From Hormiphora californensis (lineage: Eukaryota > Animalia > Ctenophora), in the NCBI GenBank assembly GCA_020137815.1, contig CM035360.1:7564001-7628000 (forward strand): DNA of 64,000 bases, written 5' to 3'. The position numbers and the translations under genes are program-made. A model generated the notes under the pieces. It had not been told where the DNA came from and did not search any database. It saw only the letters and a list, made by a program, of their open reading frames with translations. Positions 18,203 through 31,257 of this stretch are shown one piece after another (within the stretch, counting starts at the first letter, position 1; every line of letters starts with the position of its first letter).

Positions 18203-21200
18203 TTAGTGGAGGACCTTGGTTCGAAGTTGGAATATTCCCAGAACTAGTGCAAACAATCCAACTGTGTATACCCACATTACTGCACAGTTCCTGAAGAGAG
18301 CGGTTGTTAATTTTGGGTAAAGTAGAGTCTGAAACTTTATTTCAGGAGGCACAATTTGTTGAGTACCCCCTTAGTCACAAACTGACAACACAAGACAATG
18401 CCTCCCACCTGTCGAAGTTGTCCACTGCGTTGGGGTGGTATTGTTCCAGGTAGACATCTCCACGTGGAAATATACACAGATCACCTGAAGCAGCAAGATA
18501 CAGATATAGATAGCAAGAAGGATCATACAGCTAGGAACGATGGCTATTTCTTATCAACTAGACGAACTCTAGAAACTACAGCTCTAGAAATAAAAACACG
18601 GCTTAGTCTTGTCAGACTCTTAGTGAGGGTCTCGCGATGAAAAAGGTATGACCAGTACAAGTAGCCCAGCAAGAATCACATGCTACCTCTATGGTAAGGT
18701 GGTGCAGAAGAAGAGGGATTGTTGGGTGCAGCTCCATCTCGTGCTAGAGACACACAGACAGACGTTTAGCGTGGTGTGATATAGTGTCATTCTATTGATT
18801 TCTAGTGACCTCACCTGATTCAGTGTGTGGACAAGTCCAATTCCAATCCGTTATACTCATTCACCACAGTACAGCTCGCTGGCATACTTGTGGATCATCA
18901 GATAGGATAGTAGGTTCAAGTGCTTTGGGAAGGGACTCCACACTCCTGCAGGGGGTAGAATTAAGGGGATGTAGTGGGAAGTAGAGGGTGTTTTAAATTC
19001 CAAAGCGAAAGGAGGTTTGTTTACCTGACAAGACCGGAAGAGAGGAGACAGCTGATACTGATAAGTAGAGCACATACAGAATTAGCCAGGGTTGGATCCC
19101 CAATGAGCCCCAACATTCCGATCCCAATCAGCTCCCCTGCTAGGTGCAGGAGGAGAGAGTTGAAATAGAAGAAGACAAACCTAACAACTTGGGGGTTCAG
19201 TCCAACAGCCCTGAAACAGTCACAGATTGTAATCAAATCTAACAAATGTGCAGCAGCCAAGGGAAGTTTTTACAAAACAAATGGATTGAGGTCCTAGGGA
19301 AGGGAATATTTGAGGAACATGACCTGTATGGCGGCGCCATACCCCAGATGGGGTCGCGGCGCCAGACAGAACATGACCGAAACATGTCACTACCTACCCT
19401 TCCCCCTTACTCAACAATACCTACCAGTAGGTGAAGGTAGAGAATATGATACTAGCTAGCATTGCAAAAGGTACAATGTGTGCTATGTAGGTCAGTAGGA
19501 ACATCCAGCTACGATAGAATCCATCCCTGCTTTCCCTGTAGTACATGTCCCTCATTGCAGGGAACAGGGCTATCGCATTAAACATACCTGGAGGGAAAGG
19601 GTGGGGATTGATAGAGTGAGGGCGAGGTAGAGTGGGGTTAATGGGATGAGGGGGAACTACCAACACGTCCAATGCATAGAGGAGACACCATTGAGTGAAA
19701 TACAATCCAACCGGCGACCAGGTACCTACCAATAAATATAGGTCCACAGCTGATCTCATATAGGAACCCAACTCTATCCTGCATACTACTCTGGCTGCTA
19801 CCAATACGGAAAAAGAAGGCAAACATGAAGAAGCCAAACAGGAATAGTTGGGATAGTCGCATTGTGAGAGCCGAGGAGTCCCGAGATAGGTTTAGTTGTA
19901 GACGCTGAATCATTCGTCTCATCACCTAATGGGGGACAGTTTGGAATCTGTGAGTTGAGACGTGTGTGACAACAATGGATGGTCTTCAGAAAATATAATC
20001 CGTTTTGTTGTTCTATAGATCACTGATAAAGTGTCCCTCCCATATTTCTCCCTCCCATAATTGTACCTCGTGTTTTGATGGTTTGCTTCTAAAGAAGACA
20101 ACATTTTCCCGTGGCCCACTTTTCCAGAACTCTATTTGTTTCTTAGTTTCACTGTGTATTGCACTGGTTATGAAACCCCTCTTTAATGACTCAACGCTGT
20201 CTGTTGTCTTCAGTTGACTAGTTTCACTCCTGGAAAAAGAAGGGGACATGTGTATTAGTGTCTATGCTGGTGGATACCACCATACTAATTCTGTGACGAT
20301 GTTTTTTGATGAAGTTACCCACCTGAAGTCTATGGTGCCCAGGTCCACGAAGAAGTCCAGGGGGTTACAGTAGATGGGACAGGGGTAGCCCAGGGTGTTA
20401 AAATGTGGAACCATCTCTCTCCCCGGTCCACTGTATACCATCTCTCCAGAGGAGAGGATAGTGACACCATCAAACAGACGGAACATATCAGATCGGGGCT
20501 GAGGGAGAAGGTGGTAGAGAATGGGTCTTGAGAAGGTGATGGTGATGGTGATGGTGATGGTCTAGAAGGGGTCTTGGTTCTAGATCATGAAGCAGTTCTA
20601 GAGATCTGGTCGCCATATCATGTCAGACACATACCTGGTGAATGGTGAGAAGGATGGTAACACCATATCCAGCCAGTCTCTTCAGTAGCAGTACCAGGTT
20701 ATGGGCTGTAAAGGAATCCAGACCTGGAGGGGACAGGAGGAGTATTAATTAGGGGTATTACCCGGGGTAATTAAGGGATAGTTTGTGGGCCCAAGTTGGT
20801 AGTTTGTAACCACTGAGGGACACCATAGTAGAGGTTATTTGGTTCACCTAATCTGTGAGCTAACCAATACCTGTGGTAGGTTCATCTAATAGTAGGACAC
20901 TAGGAGCGTTAACTAACTGCACACCAATAGACACCCTCCTCCTCTCACCTCCACTAATACCCCTGTTGTGCTCATTTCCTACACGTGAATCTGCCACGTG
21001 GGATAAACCCAGTCTGTCTATCACTGTCTGTACCTGGGATGGTATTTAGGATAGAGGTGAACCATTCAGCTGCAAAATAATACACGTGCATGGTGTCCTG
21101 TGTGATCTGTGTGTCTCTATTCATATCTCACTGAGTGCTGCAGTTAGATATGGGCTAATTGCCAAAGTGTAAAATGCGAATATCACATGCGCCTTGCAAT

Positions 21201-24200
21201 TTGTCCATTTAGTCTCAAACACTGATAATCAGGTCACTGCTGTACTACTGTCAAGAACACACACAATTTGTCATCAATTGCCTGACAACTTAAGATAATT
21301 AACAGTTTTGGATAACCCCACTCACCCTCTCTTCTTTAGAACCATCGTCCTCACAAAGTGTAAAGTGAGCCACAAACATTAGTGTCTCCCAGACAGTTAG
21401 ATTTGGCAACATGTGATCGTGCTGAAAATAGGAGTCGTTAGTTTAGGGAATCATCATCATCTGGTAGTCACGCTTTACTAGGCCTCCCTTCTCTCATCTC
21501 CCAGTTGTTCTAGAGAGGACTGGTTTATGACGTCCTGAAGTTTTCCCAGTGAATCGTAAGTGTAAATTAGAGTCACGACACATAGCTCCTGTTATTCTCC
21601 CTCCCTTTGATAATGTTTTCAAGATTACGTTTCCTCTTTTTCTTTCTCTAACACAATTCTTTTATGCACACTAACTAGTAACTAAATCTCTTCTTTCCTC
21701 ACTAAGCTAAATCACTAAATTACTGCCATATATGGCATCTATATATCTCCCAGCCACAATGCTTGTTTACCCCAACACCAAGTCTCTCTGTGTTTTTAGT
21801 GTGACCTGTGTACAATGTATACACGCCCTGTCACACTGTCTTGGCCGGTTAGTGTATCACTTTAGTTCAACTTCCGACTGTAATACGCCCCTCCCACTTT
21901 CCCACCGTCAAATCTCTCTTGCGTGCCGTGTTCTTTAGTGCTTCTTCAGTGTAGTTTTATATGGAGCTCTGCGTTTCTGGCTGCGTTTTTGCAGCACAGT
22001 GTTGACAATGGAATTCAGTAATTTTAGCTCACCCTCCATTAATTGCTGAGGTAGAACAGTGGAAGAGAGAATTGAGTTTGCTGCTAAATTGTGTGTGCTA
22101 CTATTTGTAGAGTATACACAATACCAATAATACCGTGTGCTTTTTGACGGTGTATTACCATTGTGATCTGCCTGGGTCGCTAAATAGATTACACGATTTG
22201 AACTATCTAGATGGACCCACCTCTAGAGCCTCGGGGCCTAGTTCTCCTTCTAGTCAAAGTAGTTCCTATTACAAGCTATCGATATTAGAAACTTGTTATT
22301 CAATCATACAGCTGGTTTTATAATAACCCTTTTCTGTCTTTAGTTTGCTCATTGTGAAATGCCTCCTGTTATATAAGATGGAGCAACCTCCTATCCTGAA
22401 TGGAACATTTTTTAAAAAGTGCCAGGTTAGTTCATAACAACCATATTTGTCACGTGATGCCCATATATGGTGTTTGACATCATCATACCCAAATATGGTT
22501 GTTTCCAGGTTGGACTCCGCTACAAGCCTCGCTGGTGCAAGCTCTATCTGGATCGTTTAGAAGTCTACACAGAGAACGGTAGATCACACAAAGTTACTGT
22601 TCCTACTGCTGATATAGTTGTCTGTGAGAGATGTGAGGAGAGGTTGGCGGGGATGCCCGATGTGTTAGGTATAGGATACCGCAGCAAGTATGGGATCATG
22701 TACTATCTGTATCTAGCAAGTGAGGACCTAACCACTACGCTACAAGACCAGATCAGGCACCTGATGGAGGGGGACGAGAGGGTGCTGAGTCCCACCTACC
22801 ACCCTGGTGTATTCATGTCTAAACACTGGAACTGCTGTTTGAAGGAGGGAGGGGAGGACCCAGGGTGTACTAATGTCCCTGTTAACCAGTTCACCATGCT
22901 GAGGAAGATGTCTAGTAGAGGGGAGCTGCTTGGAGGGGGAGGAGGGGAGAAGAGGAGTAGGAAGGCAACACTACCTGCCCTTGAAGCACATCTATTTGAT
23001 GAGGATGGGTTGTGGTGAGAGAGAGAGATCTGTAGTACTAGAACTATACTATTACTATACTAATACAGGAAGAGGAATCAATGTTCTGGTTTTATCATTT
23101 TGGAGGTCACCAAAAGTGGCATGAATGATCTCAGGTGCAGATGAACTGAATCTTGGTTTTGTTTTAGGGAAGCCGGAAGAGGAGGGAAAGATACTAATTG
23201 TTTGTAAAAATGTTTATAACACGATGAACATTTGCTAGGAACTTTAGGTCTAGTTTGTTGAATTTTGTTTTTTAGCTGGAATACTCTTTTTAAAAAGTAA
23301 AACCTCCAATACGTGTGTTTCTCGTATTAAAATGACAGTTTATTTCAACACTATCAGGCGAGATAAAGAGTCTCCCGTTCTACTTGTTGTTATCATACCA
23401 TTTGAAACCCTACATAGCCTTAAACCTCAACCTTCAATTTACTAATCCATAAGACCCCTCGACTCTTGAACCGATCATCCCGCGGAGACAGTAAGGACAG
23501 TACCCAAGATCACCACAGTGCTCAATATTCCCGAGACACTACAATCTACAGTGTGTAGATTCTACACACAACTATAACACACCTGTAAGACGTAGCCACT
23601 GTTGTGTTTGATCATGCTAGGGGTACACTCAGTTCCATTTAGTAGAATGTCACCAGTAACATCAGATCCAGAGATACTTCTATTACTTAACACATCCAGT
23701 AGGGAGGTCTTACCTGAACCTAGTTGAGGGAGAAATATTATTAGGATAAGTTAGAGGTCCAAAGGGAGTGGGGAGAGAGAGATTGGGGATATGGGCAAGA
23801 GTGGGAAGGAGTATGAAACGAGAGAATCTGAGATGTGAGGGGGAGTAGAACGATCGTGACCCATTATATTTTAGTACCTGAGTTACCCATGATTGCCATT
23901 AAAGTCCCATCAGGGACATGCAGGGTAACCTTACTTAGAATATTCCTCTTTTCACATCTCAACCTGGAAATGGAGATTGCCATGGTGACGAGATATGCTA
24001 GCTACCATATATCGCGCATGAGAGGAGATATGAGACAAAATGTTACCAAATATGGTCACACTGAATACGCAATCTTACCTCCATGATGGTGCTGTAGGGA
24101 CGGAGTAAGAGAGGGCATCTACAGAGAGGGACTTCCTGGTTACTACATAGGGAGCAAAGTCACCATCATCTTCTTCTGGAGGCTTCTCATAAAACTAGGA

Positions 24201-24333
24201 ACAAAGGAAGGGAGGGTGTCATGTTGAACTAGGGGAGAGGGGGAGAGGGAAGAGAGGGGGAGTGTTCAAACAGTCCAGATTCGGCTTAACTCACCTCGTA
24301 TAGATACTGGTCCTCTCCAGATTTCATTCCCAT
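18203..24333 (-). CDS. ABCG half-transporter, ABCG5/ABCG8-like (~15 exons; indels in exon ~18815-18946)
   Basis: Walker [13 protein letters not shown], signature [15 protein letters not shown], Walker [52 protein letters not shown]...MFNAIALFP. Confidence 0.92.
22378..23018 (+). CDS. Stand-alone PH domain + Btk zinc-motif protein (~185 aa), nested antisense in ABCG intron; exons 22378-22425,22509-23018
   Basis: [11 protein letters not shown]|[13 protein letters not shown] (PH strands 1-2) and [14 protein letters not shown]...PGC (Btk motif); in-frame 83-nt intron. Confidence 0.8.
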
Positions 24334-24693
24334 TACACTAATAAAGCCATTCTGCTAAACAAAGTTAAAACTTACAAGTTAGTTATTTACAGGGGAATAC
24401 TAAAAACGTTGGGGTTCCGGGTTGATCATGTGGTGGGGGGGGGGGTCTGGGTTAGGATAGGTCATGAATAACACAGGTGATTTCTGTAAAGTCCCTCATT
24501 TGATGTCTTACAAAACACTTGTTGAGTAAGGAATAACAACCATTCCTTACTAAACACAAACAACAAACCAACATACAAACTAACACGACAAAACACAATT
24601 ACAGAAGTCCCTAATAACTGACACGTGACAAATTCTATAGTCCACAATAATAAGGTCCAAACCCGAACCCAAAAAAGAACGTCATCCAGTGGT

Positions 24694-27600
24694 TTAATTG
24701 TTGGACTGTTCAGCAGGTCTAGTATAGACAGGACACGCCCCATTAAGTACTGTATCACTGGTTATTAGCACATGAGATATATCAGATCCGGGTACCTCAA
24801 ACATGGCCTCCAATAGTGTCGTCTCTACTATAGACTTGAGAGCTCTGGCACCTAGGTTAGGGGGATACATCATGGTGAGTGGTGAAATCAAACTATTGCT
24901 GGAATTGAACCAGTGACAATCGAATGCCGGACTGCCCCCAGGCCCCATCACAAATACAGAAATCCAGAAAATGAGTATGTAACCCAATCTTCTCCCCACT
25001 CTACCTGTCTTTTTGCAGAATGCCATCTCGGCAATGGCTGCCAGGGCATCCTCTGTGAACTCAAGCTGGCAGTTATTGAGGGACATCAGATCGGTTAGCT
25101 GTGAGATGACCCCCCTCTCTTTATCCTTTGCTATCACCATGAGATCGTGCTGTGGGAGGAGGGTGGGTTATTGTCTTGCTCGACCCTCTCTCCATGTCCC
25201 CAGTAGTAACACAGAGCACTAGTAACTAGGGGTGCTACTAGTAGTAACACTAAAAGGTACCTTAGTAAGGGAGTGGAGGGTGGTAAGGATGGGGATCCTG
25301 CCTGCTAACTCTGGTATCATACCATAATCCAGGACATCTTTCGGTTCAACCTGTCGGTGCAGAATCAGGGGGTGAAGAGAGAAATCATATTTTAGGAGTA
25401 GAAGATACGCCTAATCTAGGAACATCTCTACCCTATAGTGAGAGACAGTATATCTTAGGTACCTGGTCTAGTAGTGCATCCCGTGCTTTGTTCTTCTCTT
25501 CAGTCTCCTTTATCTTTGCTAACCTCTCCGTTCTCTCTGTATCATCCAATGTTTCACCTGATAAAGTGAGAAAGGAACACCTTTTTAGCTGTGAAATCCT
25601 ATTCAGGTCGATTTTTGATCCACCGAAATAAAATGCGTGTGATCCACACAAGTCTACTTCTAGAAACTAACCGAATGATGATGAGAGAGGTCTCTTTCCA
25701 GGGGGAGGAAGAGAGGAGGTGGCGGGGGTTCCAAAACCAAGAGATTTACTGGATGTTCTTCTTTTGACTATCTGGTCCAGCCCTATAAAGGCTCCAGATG
25801 CCAAAAACAGGATATTACGGGTATCAATCTGGAGAAATAAAGGATGATTAGTAATTGGTTAGTGCAATAAGTTCTGCTAGAGCTGTTAGTTAGGAACACA
25901 AGATGACCACAACTACTAATGAAAGGACTAGTTCATGAACTAGATACCTGATGACTCTTGTTCTTTGCTTTATCGTTCACAGTAACTTTAGTACCCTCTA
26001 TAATCTTCAGGAGACTCTGTTGTACCCCCTCCCCACCAATATCCTTACCACCGTGCTTGTTCCTCTTACTTGCCAACTTGTCAAGCTGTTAGGATACAAA
26101 TGTTAGGAATAGGAGGATTTGTAATAGCATAGGCAGAGGTACAAATATCAGCAAATCAGGTGAAGGGAAGAATGGGAAGATAGTGAGTGGTATGGGTTTC
26201 ATGATACCACATCGACCATTAATAAAGTCCCTGTCTCCTGCTTACCTCATCTAGTACAATGATTCCCTGTTCAGTTCTCTCCACACTCTGACCTGCTGTC
26301 TGCCACAACCTCATTATCACACTATCAACATCCTCACCTGATAGAGAGGGATATTATTGTGAAGGGTTTAGGGTAGTAGCGGGTCTGTTCGGCACTTTAA
26401 GTGCCTTCGGCCCGGTGTGAGAGCTGACAGACGAGGAACATGTCAAGGAGACATGGGAACGATAGAATCCAGGAACAACAATGTGTCCACCCCGTCCCCA
26501 CCTACCCACATATCCAGCCTGGGTAAGTGAGGTACAGTCACACACCACCATTGGTACATCTAGTAGCTTGGCTGCCATCTGGTACAGATACGTCTTACCT
26601 GGACAGTGGTTCTTGGTTAGTTAGTTCTGGGTTAGTTACTGATTAGTTGCCACGGTAACAAGGTAAGCTTTGAAAGTAACTCGATCTACACTCGAGTCTC
26701 GACACGACCCAAAGTGGAGGGTTTGTGATTCACATGCAGTACATACCACATCCAGTAGGCCCTATAACTAGGATGTTGCTCTTGTCTAGTCGGGGTGTAT
26801 CTTCACTAGACCCCTCAGGAGTTGTCAGAGCGTGGAGTCTCTTGTAGTGGTTATACACTGCTACTGACAGAATCTTCTTAGCTTTATCCTGACCTTGTAC
26901 AAACCTAGTGGGGGTAGAAGGATTAGAGATGAGAGGCCCCCCCCCCCCCGATGAGAGGGTGAAAAGGTCAAGAGAGTCTAGAAGAATTACTTGACTCTAA
27001 CCTGTCCAAGTACTCTACAATTTCTCTGGGTGGTGGCGCCCTTCCCAGACTGTTCTTCTCCATAACATCCTCAGGGTCAGAGGGTTCCTCGTAAGGAGGT
27101 GCAAACAACCTTCCTAGCCTTTTATCATCTATACTCTTTATATCACCTGGGGGGTGGTAACTTGGTTAGTATGACACAGTGATAGACGACATGAGTATAA
27201 TAGTGAGACAAACAGGAAAATGATAGTGTCAGGGCCCCTTACCCCTGGCGAGATCTTCCAGGAATGCCTCAGTAAGATCAGGATGTTCATCAACCTTTGG
27301 ATTGTGTAGTACAGTCAACAGACTATCACACTTGTGACACCTGAAGGGGTGTTAGGGATGTGTGTCAGGGAGTGATTTGGGGGTTCACTTTTATACTTGA
27401 ACTGTTGAGAGAGAGTGTGAACACCACAGCTTTAGATAATACCTGATATGCCGTTTGGTTCCAGAGAATTTGCAGTAGAACATTATTAGAGAGTTACACT
27501 TTGGGCAGCTGAATTTAACTTTGTCACCTCCCCTGCCCCCTCCTCCCTGCCGGGGCATTGCCAGCGCTGCACTGAACTGCACATCCCGCTGTAAACTGAA

Positions 27601-27743
27601 ATAGTGGGGTCACGTGACATGCCCATATATGAAAGTGAGGAATACCAAATATGGGATGTAACTCACCATATCTGTTGTCTGGGTTTTTGAAGTCTGGCAA
27701 GGTTGGGGACATGGCGTCTCACACTGGATAATGTCCTATGCAT
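24694..27743 (-). CDS. CLPX: Mitochondrial ClpX AAA+ unfoldase
   Basis: Arg-rich presequence [30 protein letters not shown] zinc site, [61 protein letters not shown]. Confidence 0.96.
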
Positions 27744-27869
27744 GGCTAGAAATGATACATGAGTTAGGGCGGGTTAGGATGTTTAGAGTATCAAGAAAGG
27801 TAAATACTTGGAATAATTAGTAAAAATATCCAATAAATCGATCGATAAAATGTTAATAAATTTAACTAA

Positions 27870-29954
27870 TTATCGTCGATATGAAGATCTTCCTCGTCCG
27901 CCAGCCATGTGTGTCTTTCCCTGGTAACTATGGTTACCGCCCTGGTTACCATGGTTACCACTATCTCTCTGATCTTGGCGGCTGTCCATCTGCCTATAAC
28001 TAACCCGATCTTGCTCAAACTGATCATCATAGTTCCTCTGATCTCTGTCAAAGTTCCAACGCTCGTACTGTTGCTGGGGTCGGTCGTTACCACGTGTCTT
28101 GCCACGTGAGTTGTTGTAACCCCTGGTGTCACGTGACTCTGAGTTGTTGTAACCCCTGGTGTCACGTGACTGTGAGTTGTTGTAACCCCGAGTCCTGTTG
28201 TCACGATCATTTCTATCACCTTGGTAACCCCCACCCCCTCCACCTTGATTATTATACCGCCGATCCTCATACCCCTGATTCTGCCGCTGGTTCTGCCTAT
28301 CTTCGTATCTCTGTTCATACCGCTGACTGGACCTCTCCTCATGTCGTTGGTTGTATCTCCCATCATCTCTAGACCTATAACTGTTCTCAAATTGACGTGA
28401 ATCCTGTCTTCTCTCAGGCCGTGAGTCACTATTATTATCCTGCCTCCTGTAATTACTACTACCAGCACTGCCCCCAGTATAACCACCAGCACTGCTTCCA
28501 GAGTAACCACTAGCACTGCCACCACTATTTCCCAAACTGAGTTGAGCCATGGCACTACTAGCACCATCATCATCATCATAAAGGAGGTGATCGTGGACCT
28601 CAAACCCGTCCTCGTCAACCTCAGGGGGGTAGGAAGGAGCAGCACTATAGGAATTAGGAGCAGCATTATAGGAAATAGGAGCAGCATGGTGGGATGAACC
28701 AGAACGGGATGGTGGAGGGTGGGAGGGAGTAACGAATATGGGGGCAAACCCATCATCTGGAGGCCCTGAATCAGGTGGTGCAGTAGGTTTGGGACCTCCT
28801 AGTTCAGGGAAATCCATATCACTGGCTTTGAAGGGTTTGCTGTGTTGTACTGGTGGTGGTTGGTAACTACCCCTCCTACCTCTCCTACCTCTGTCTCTTG
28901 TAGTTGAATCTCGAGAAGGTTTCTCATACATGGCTAGATCAGGGTCCTGACCCCTTCTTCCCCTCCCTCCCCTTGAATCATCATCATCTCCACGATCAGG
29001 GCGATCACCCCGGTCCCTCTTTCCTCTACCTCCGCGAGAATCTCCACGCCCTCTACTGCTGCCTCCACGAGAATCTCTGGAACCCCTACTACCTCCTCGG
29101 GAGCCTCCCCGGGAATCTCCTCCTCTTCCCCGGGAATAGTTTTCTCGCCCTCCACGGTTACTACTGCTGTGTTCAGTATCACGGTTACCATAGTTACCAC
29201 GGTTATCCTCTTTATGGTTACCATGGTTACCTGCACTTTCCTCACTACGATCTGTATCCCGTCTATTCCCTCTATCTGATGATCTACTACCTCGGTAAGA
29301 GTCCCCTCCACGACCCCTCTTGCCTCCCCTCCTCTCTGTCTCCCCTATTGGCTGGTTCTTCTTCCCTGGCCTTGGCTTCTCCTCCCTCACCGGCAGCTCC
29401 TCCTCTGTCTCCCTAGTAACCACTGGTTTTACTAAAGCAGGTGCTTTACCTGACCCAAATGGTACAAATTTAGGGGGTCCACCCACTCCATCCCCACCCT
29501 TCCTCTTAGTAATCCCTTCATTCTTCTCTATATTCTCAACCAGTCTCTCTACTCTCCCTCCCAGGATCTCACAATTACTGGGTGTCAGAAGTAGGAACCC
29601 GCCCAACACCTGGACAGTCCCGGTTAGTCTCACCTTGGTACCAGGGTAACACTTCCCACTGAGGTTCTGGATCGGTGCCAGATTCATTGCAGCACACGTT
29701 GTATGTCCGTCACTGAGCGTCAACCTGAACATGCTCTTAGCTGAGCCATTCTCAGTGCTAATCTTTGTGTGACTGACATCCTTCAATTTCTTGATTTGAA
29801 CTATCTTGGGCCCGGTTATTGTTGGGATGGAGGGTAGATCAGCAGGGATCCATTTCTCTCCAATATGGTGCAGATCTGTATCAAGGAGTTCAGAGTGTGA
29901 TTTCCCTGATACTGAGGGGAGGAGTAGCCATCCCTCAGCGGATAGAGGTTTCAT
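27870..29954 (-). CDS. TDRD3-like protein: N-terminal RMI1/TDRD3 OB-fold plus long RGG and Y/Q/N/G-rich disordered tail; single exon
   Basis: DLHHIG..LP, GPKIVQI, MFRLTLSDGHTTC, PGTKVRL, GFLLL..N.EILGGRVERL match the TDRD3/RMI1 OB-fold; 694-aa ORF. Confidence 0.8.
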   Translation of the reverse strand: MKPLSAEGWLLLPSVSGKSHSELLDTDLHHIGEKWIPADLPSIPTITGPKIVQIKKLKDVSHTKISTENGSAKSMFRLTLSDGHTTCAAMNLAPIQNLSGKCYPGTKVRLTGTVQVLGGFLLLTPSNCEILGGRVERLVENIEKNEGITKRKGGDGVGGPPKFVPFGSGKAPALVKPVVTRETEEELPVREEKPRPGKKNQPIGETERRGGKRGRGGDSYRGSRSSDRGNRRDTDRSEESAGNHGNHKEDNRGNYGNRDTEHSSSNRGGRENYSRGRGGDSRGGSRGGSRGSRDSRGGSSRGRGDSRGGRGKRDRGDRPDRGDDDDSRGGRGRRGQDPDLAMYEKPSRDSTTRDRGRRGRRGSYQPPPVQHSKPFKASDMDFPELGGPKPTAPPDSGPPDDGFAPIFVTPSHPPPSRSGSSHHAAPISYNAAPNSYSAAPSYPPEVDEDGFEVHDHLLYDDDDGASSAMAQLSLGNSGGSASGYSGSSAGGYTGGSAGSSNYRRQDNNSDSRPERRQDSRQFENSYRSRDDGRYNQRHEERSSQRYEQRYEDRQNQRQNQGYEDRRYNNQGGGGGGYQGDRNDRDNRTRGYNNSQSRDTRGYNNSESRDTRGYNNSRGKTRGNDRPQQQYERWNFDRDQRNYDDQFEQDRVSYRQMDSRQDQRDSGNHGNQGGNHSYQGKTHMAGGRGRSSYRR

Positions 29955-30132
29955 ATAATGGCGCTACTGGGGAGGGATATTGGGTTAGTAGCCATTCTGA
30001 ATACTTGTGGTGATATAGCAGTTTACAAAACTTGAAACTTTAAAAAATCAATCCCTTCACCACCATGAAATGTCCGTGTGTTTGATTGGGATCCGTTTTT
30101 ATAAATGAAAACACTAAAAACAACCAGCTTCT

Positions 30133-30979
30133 TCAGCTTCCAGAAGGCTCCCCTCCACATGTTTCACTGATCCAGTCCAGGTAGGGCTTGCTTCCATCTG
30201 ATATCTCTGTCTGGATCACCTGTGGGAGGTGAGACTAGATAACAGTTGGATGTGGGGCTGACAACATAACCAGTTACAAAATTGGAAACCGATATCAGTA
30301 TCCTGGTGCCAAATGACACTTGTCGTGCTGACACTGCGTGCGGCGCTTACTTTCAATGCAAATCACATCGAAATTCCTGCTAGTAATCGAAAATGTCGTG
30401 CGCAGCATGGTTCATCAGGAGTCTCCCAGCTAGATACTGGCGTCAGTTTCCTGCAACCTGGTGTCAGTTTCCAATCTGCAACTGGAGCGTTACACACATT
30501 TAGACTTCTGATCTACCTACCTCGACACAATCGTACGGGTGATTTCCCTTCACGTATTCAGTCAACTCAACAAACTTCTCCTTTGTAGATTTTATCATCA
30601 TCAGAACCTGGTAATTAGACACAGCTGGATGACAATGCACTCTTCATCTCTCTATCTACCATGACACCCCCTCTCTCCCTCCCTCTACAATGATTTAGAA
30701 TACTCACCTCACTGTCTTCCTCCATCTTCCCTTCCCACTCGTAGTAGGATGTTACCCCAGGTACAACGTTAACACACGCTGCCAACTTCTTACCCAGCAA
30801 CCCCTGCAGACGGGGAAGGGGTGTTAGTTGGGAGGTTGGTCAGGGAAGGATACGCTGGAAGGGATCTGGTAAGTGGTAGTTGCAGAGATCGGCCGATCGG
30901 GGAAGGAGGTTACCTGAGCGAGAGATTTGGCGACTTCTTTACTTGGTGCAGTTACAAATACTGCACAATACCTTGCCAT
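30133..30979 (-). CDS. CUTA: CutA divalent cation tolerance protein, 4 exons
   Basis: [66 protein letters not shown]. Confidence 0.95.
30270..30485. mobile_element. Degenerate MITE in CUTA intron
   Basis: ccagttacaaaattggaaaccgatatca vs reverse complement of the right end ccagttgcagattggaaactgacacca. Confidence 0.5.
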
Positions 30980-31257
30980 GCTAGATAATATGAATGATGG
31001 TTAGTAACTTGGGGAAACAACTTGAATACTACGATATTATTGAAGGAATGATTTGGTTAATAATCTGATGCAGTCAGCGATACAACAAGGAGAGAGGTGA
31101 AAAATCGGTTCACATAAACTGTGTTACTGTTATTGCGATGGAAGGTCTTAGTAGATGAAGTAAACTGTGTCACATAGTAGTTTTATAGTCTGTAATAGGG
31201 TAGGAAGTCTTGAACACCTCAAATACTAAAAAATAAAACCATCTTTCTTTATCCCTC

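Noticed and set aside
26375-26485. Two hairpins in a CLPX intron as an H/ACA snoRNA
   Set aside because: No properly placed ANANNA H box on either strand
27866-29416. Long overlapping alternative-frame and antisense ORFs in the TDRD3-like gene
   Set aside because: Expected shadow of repetitive, biased codon usage
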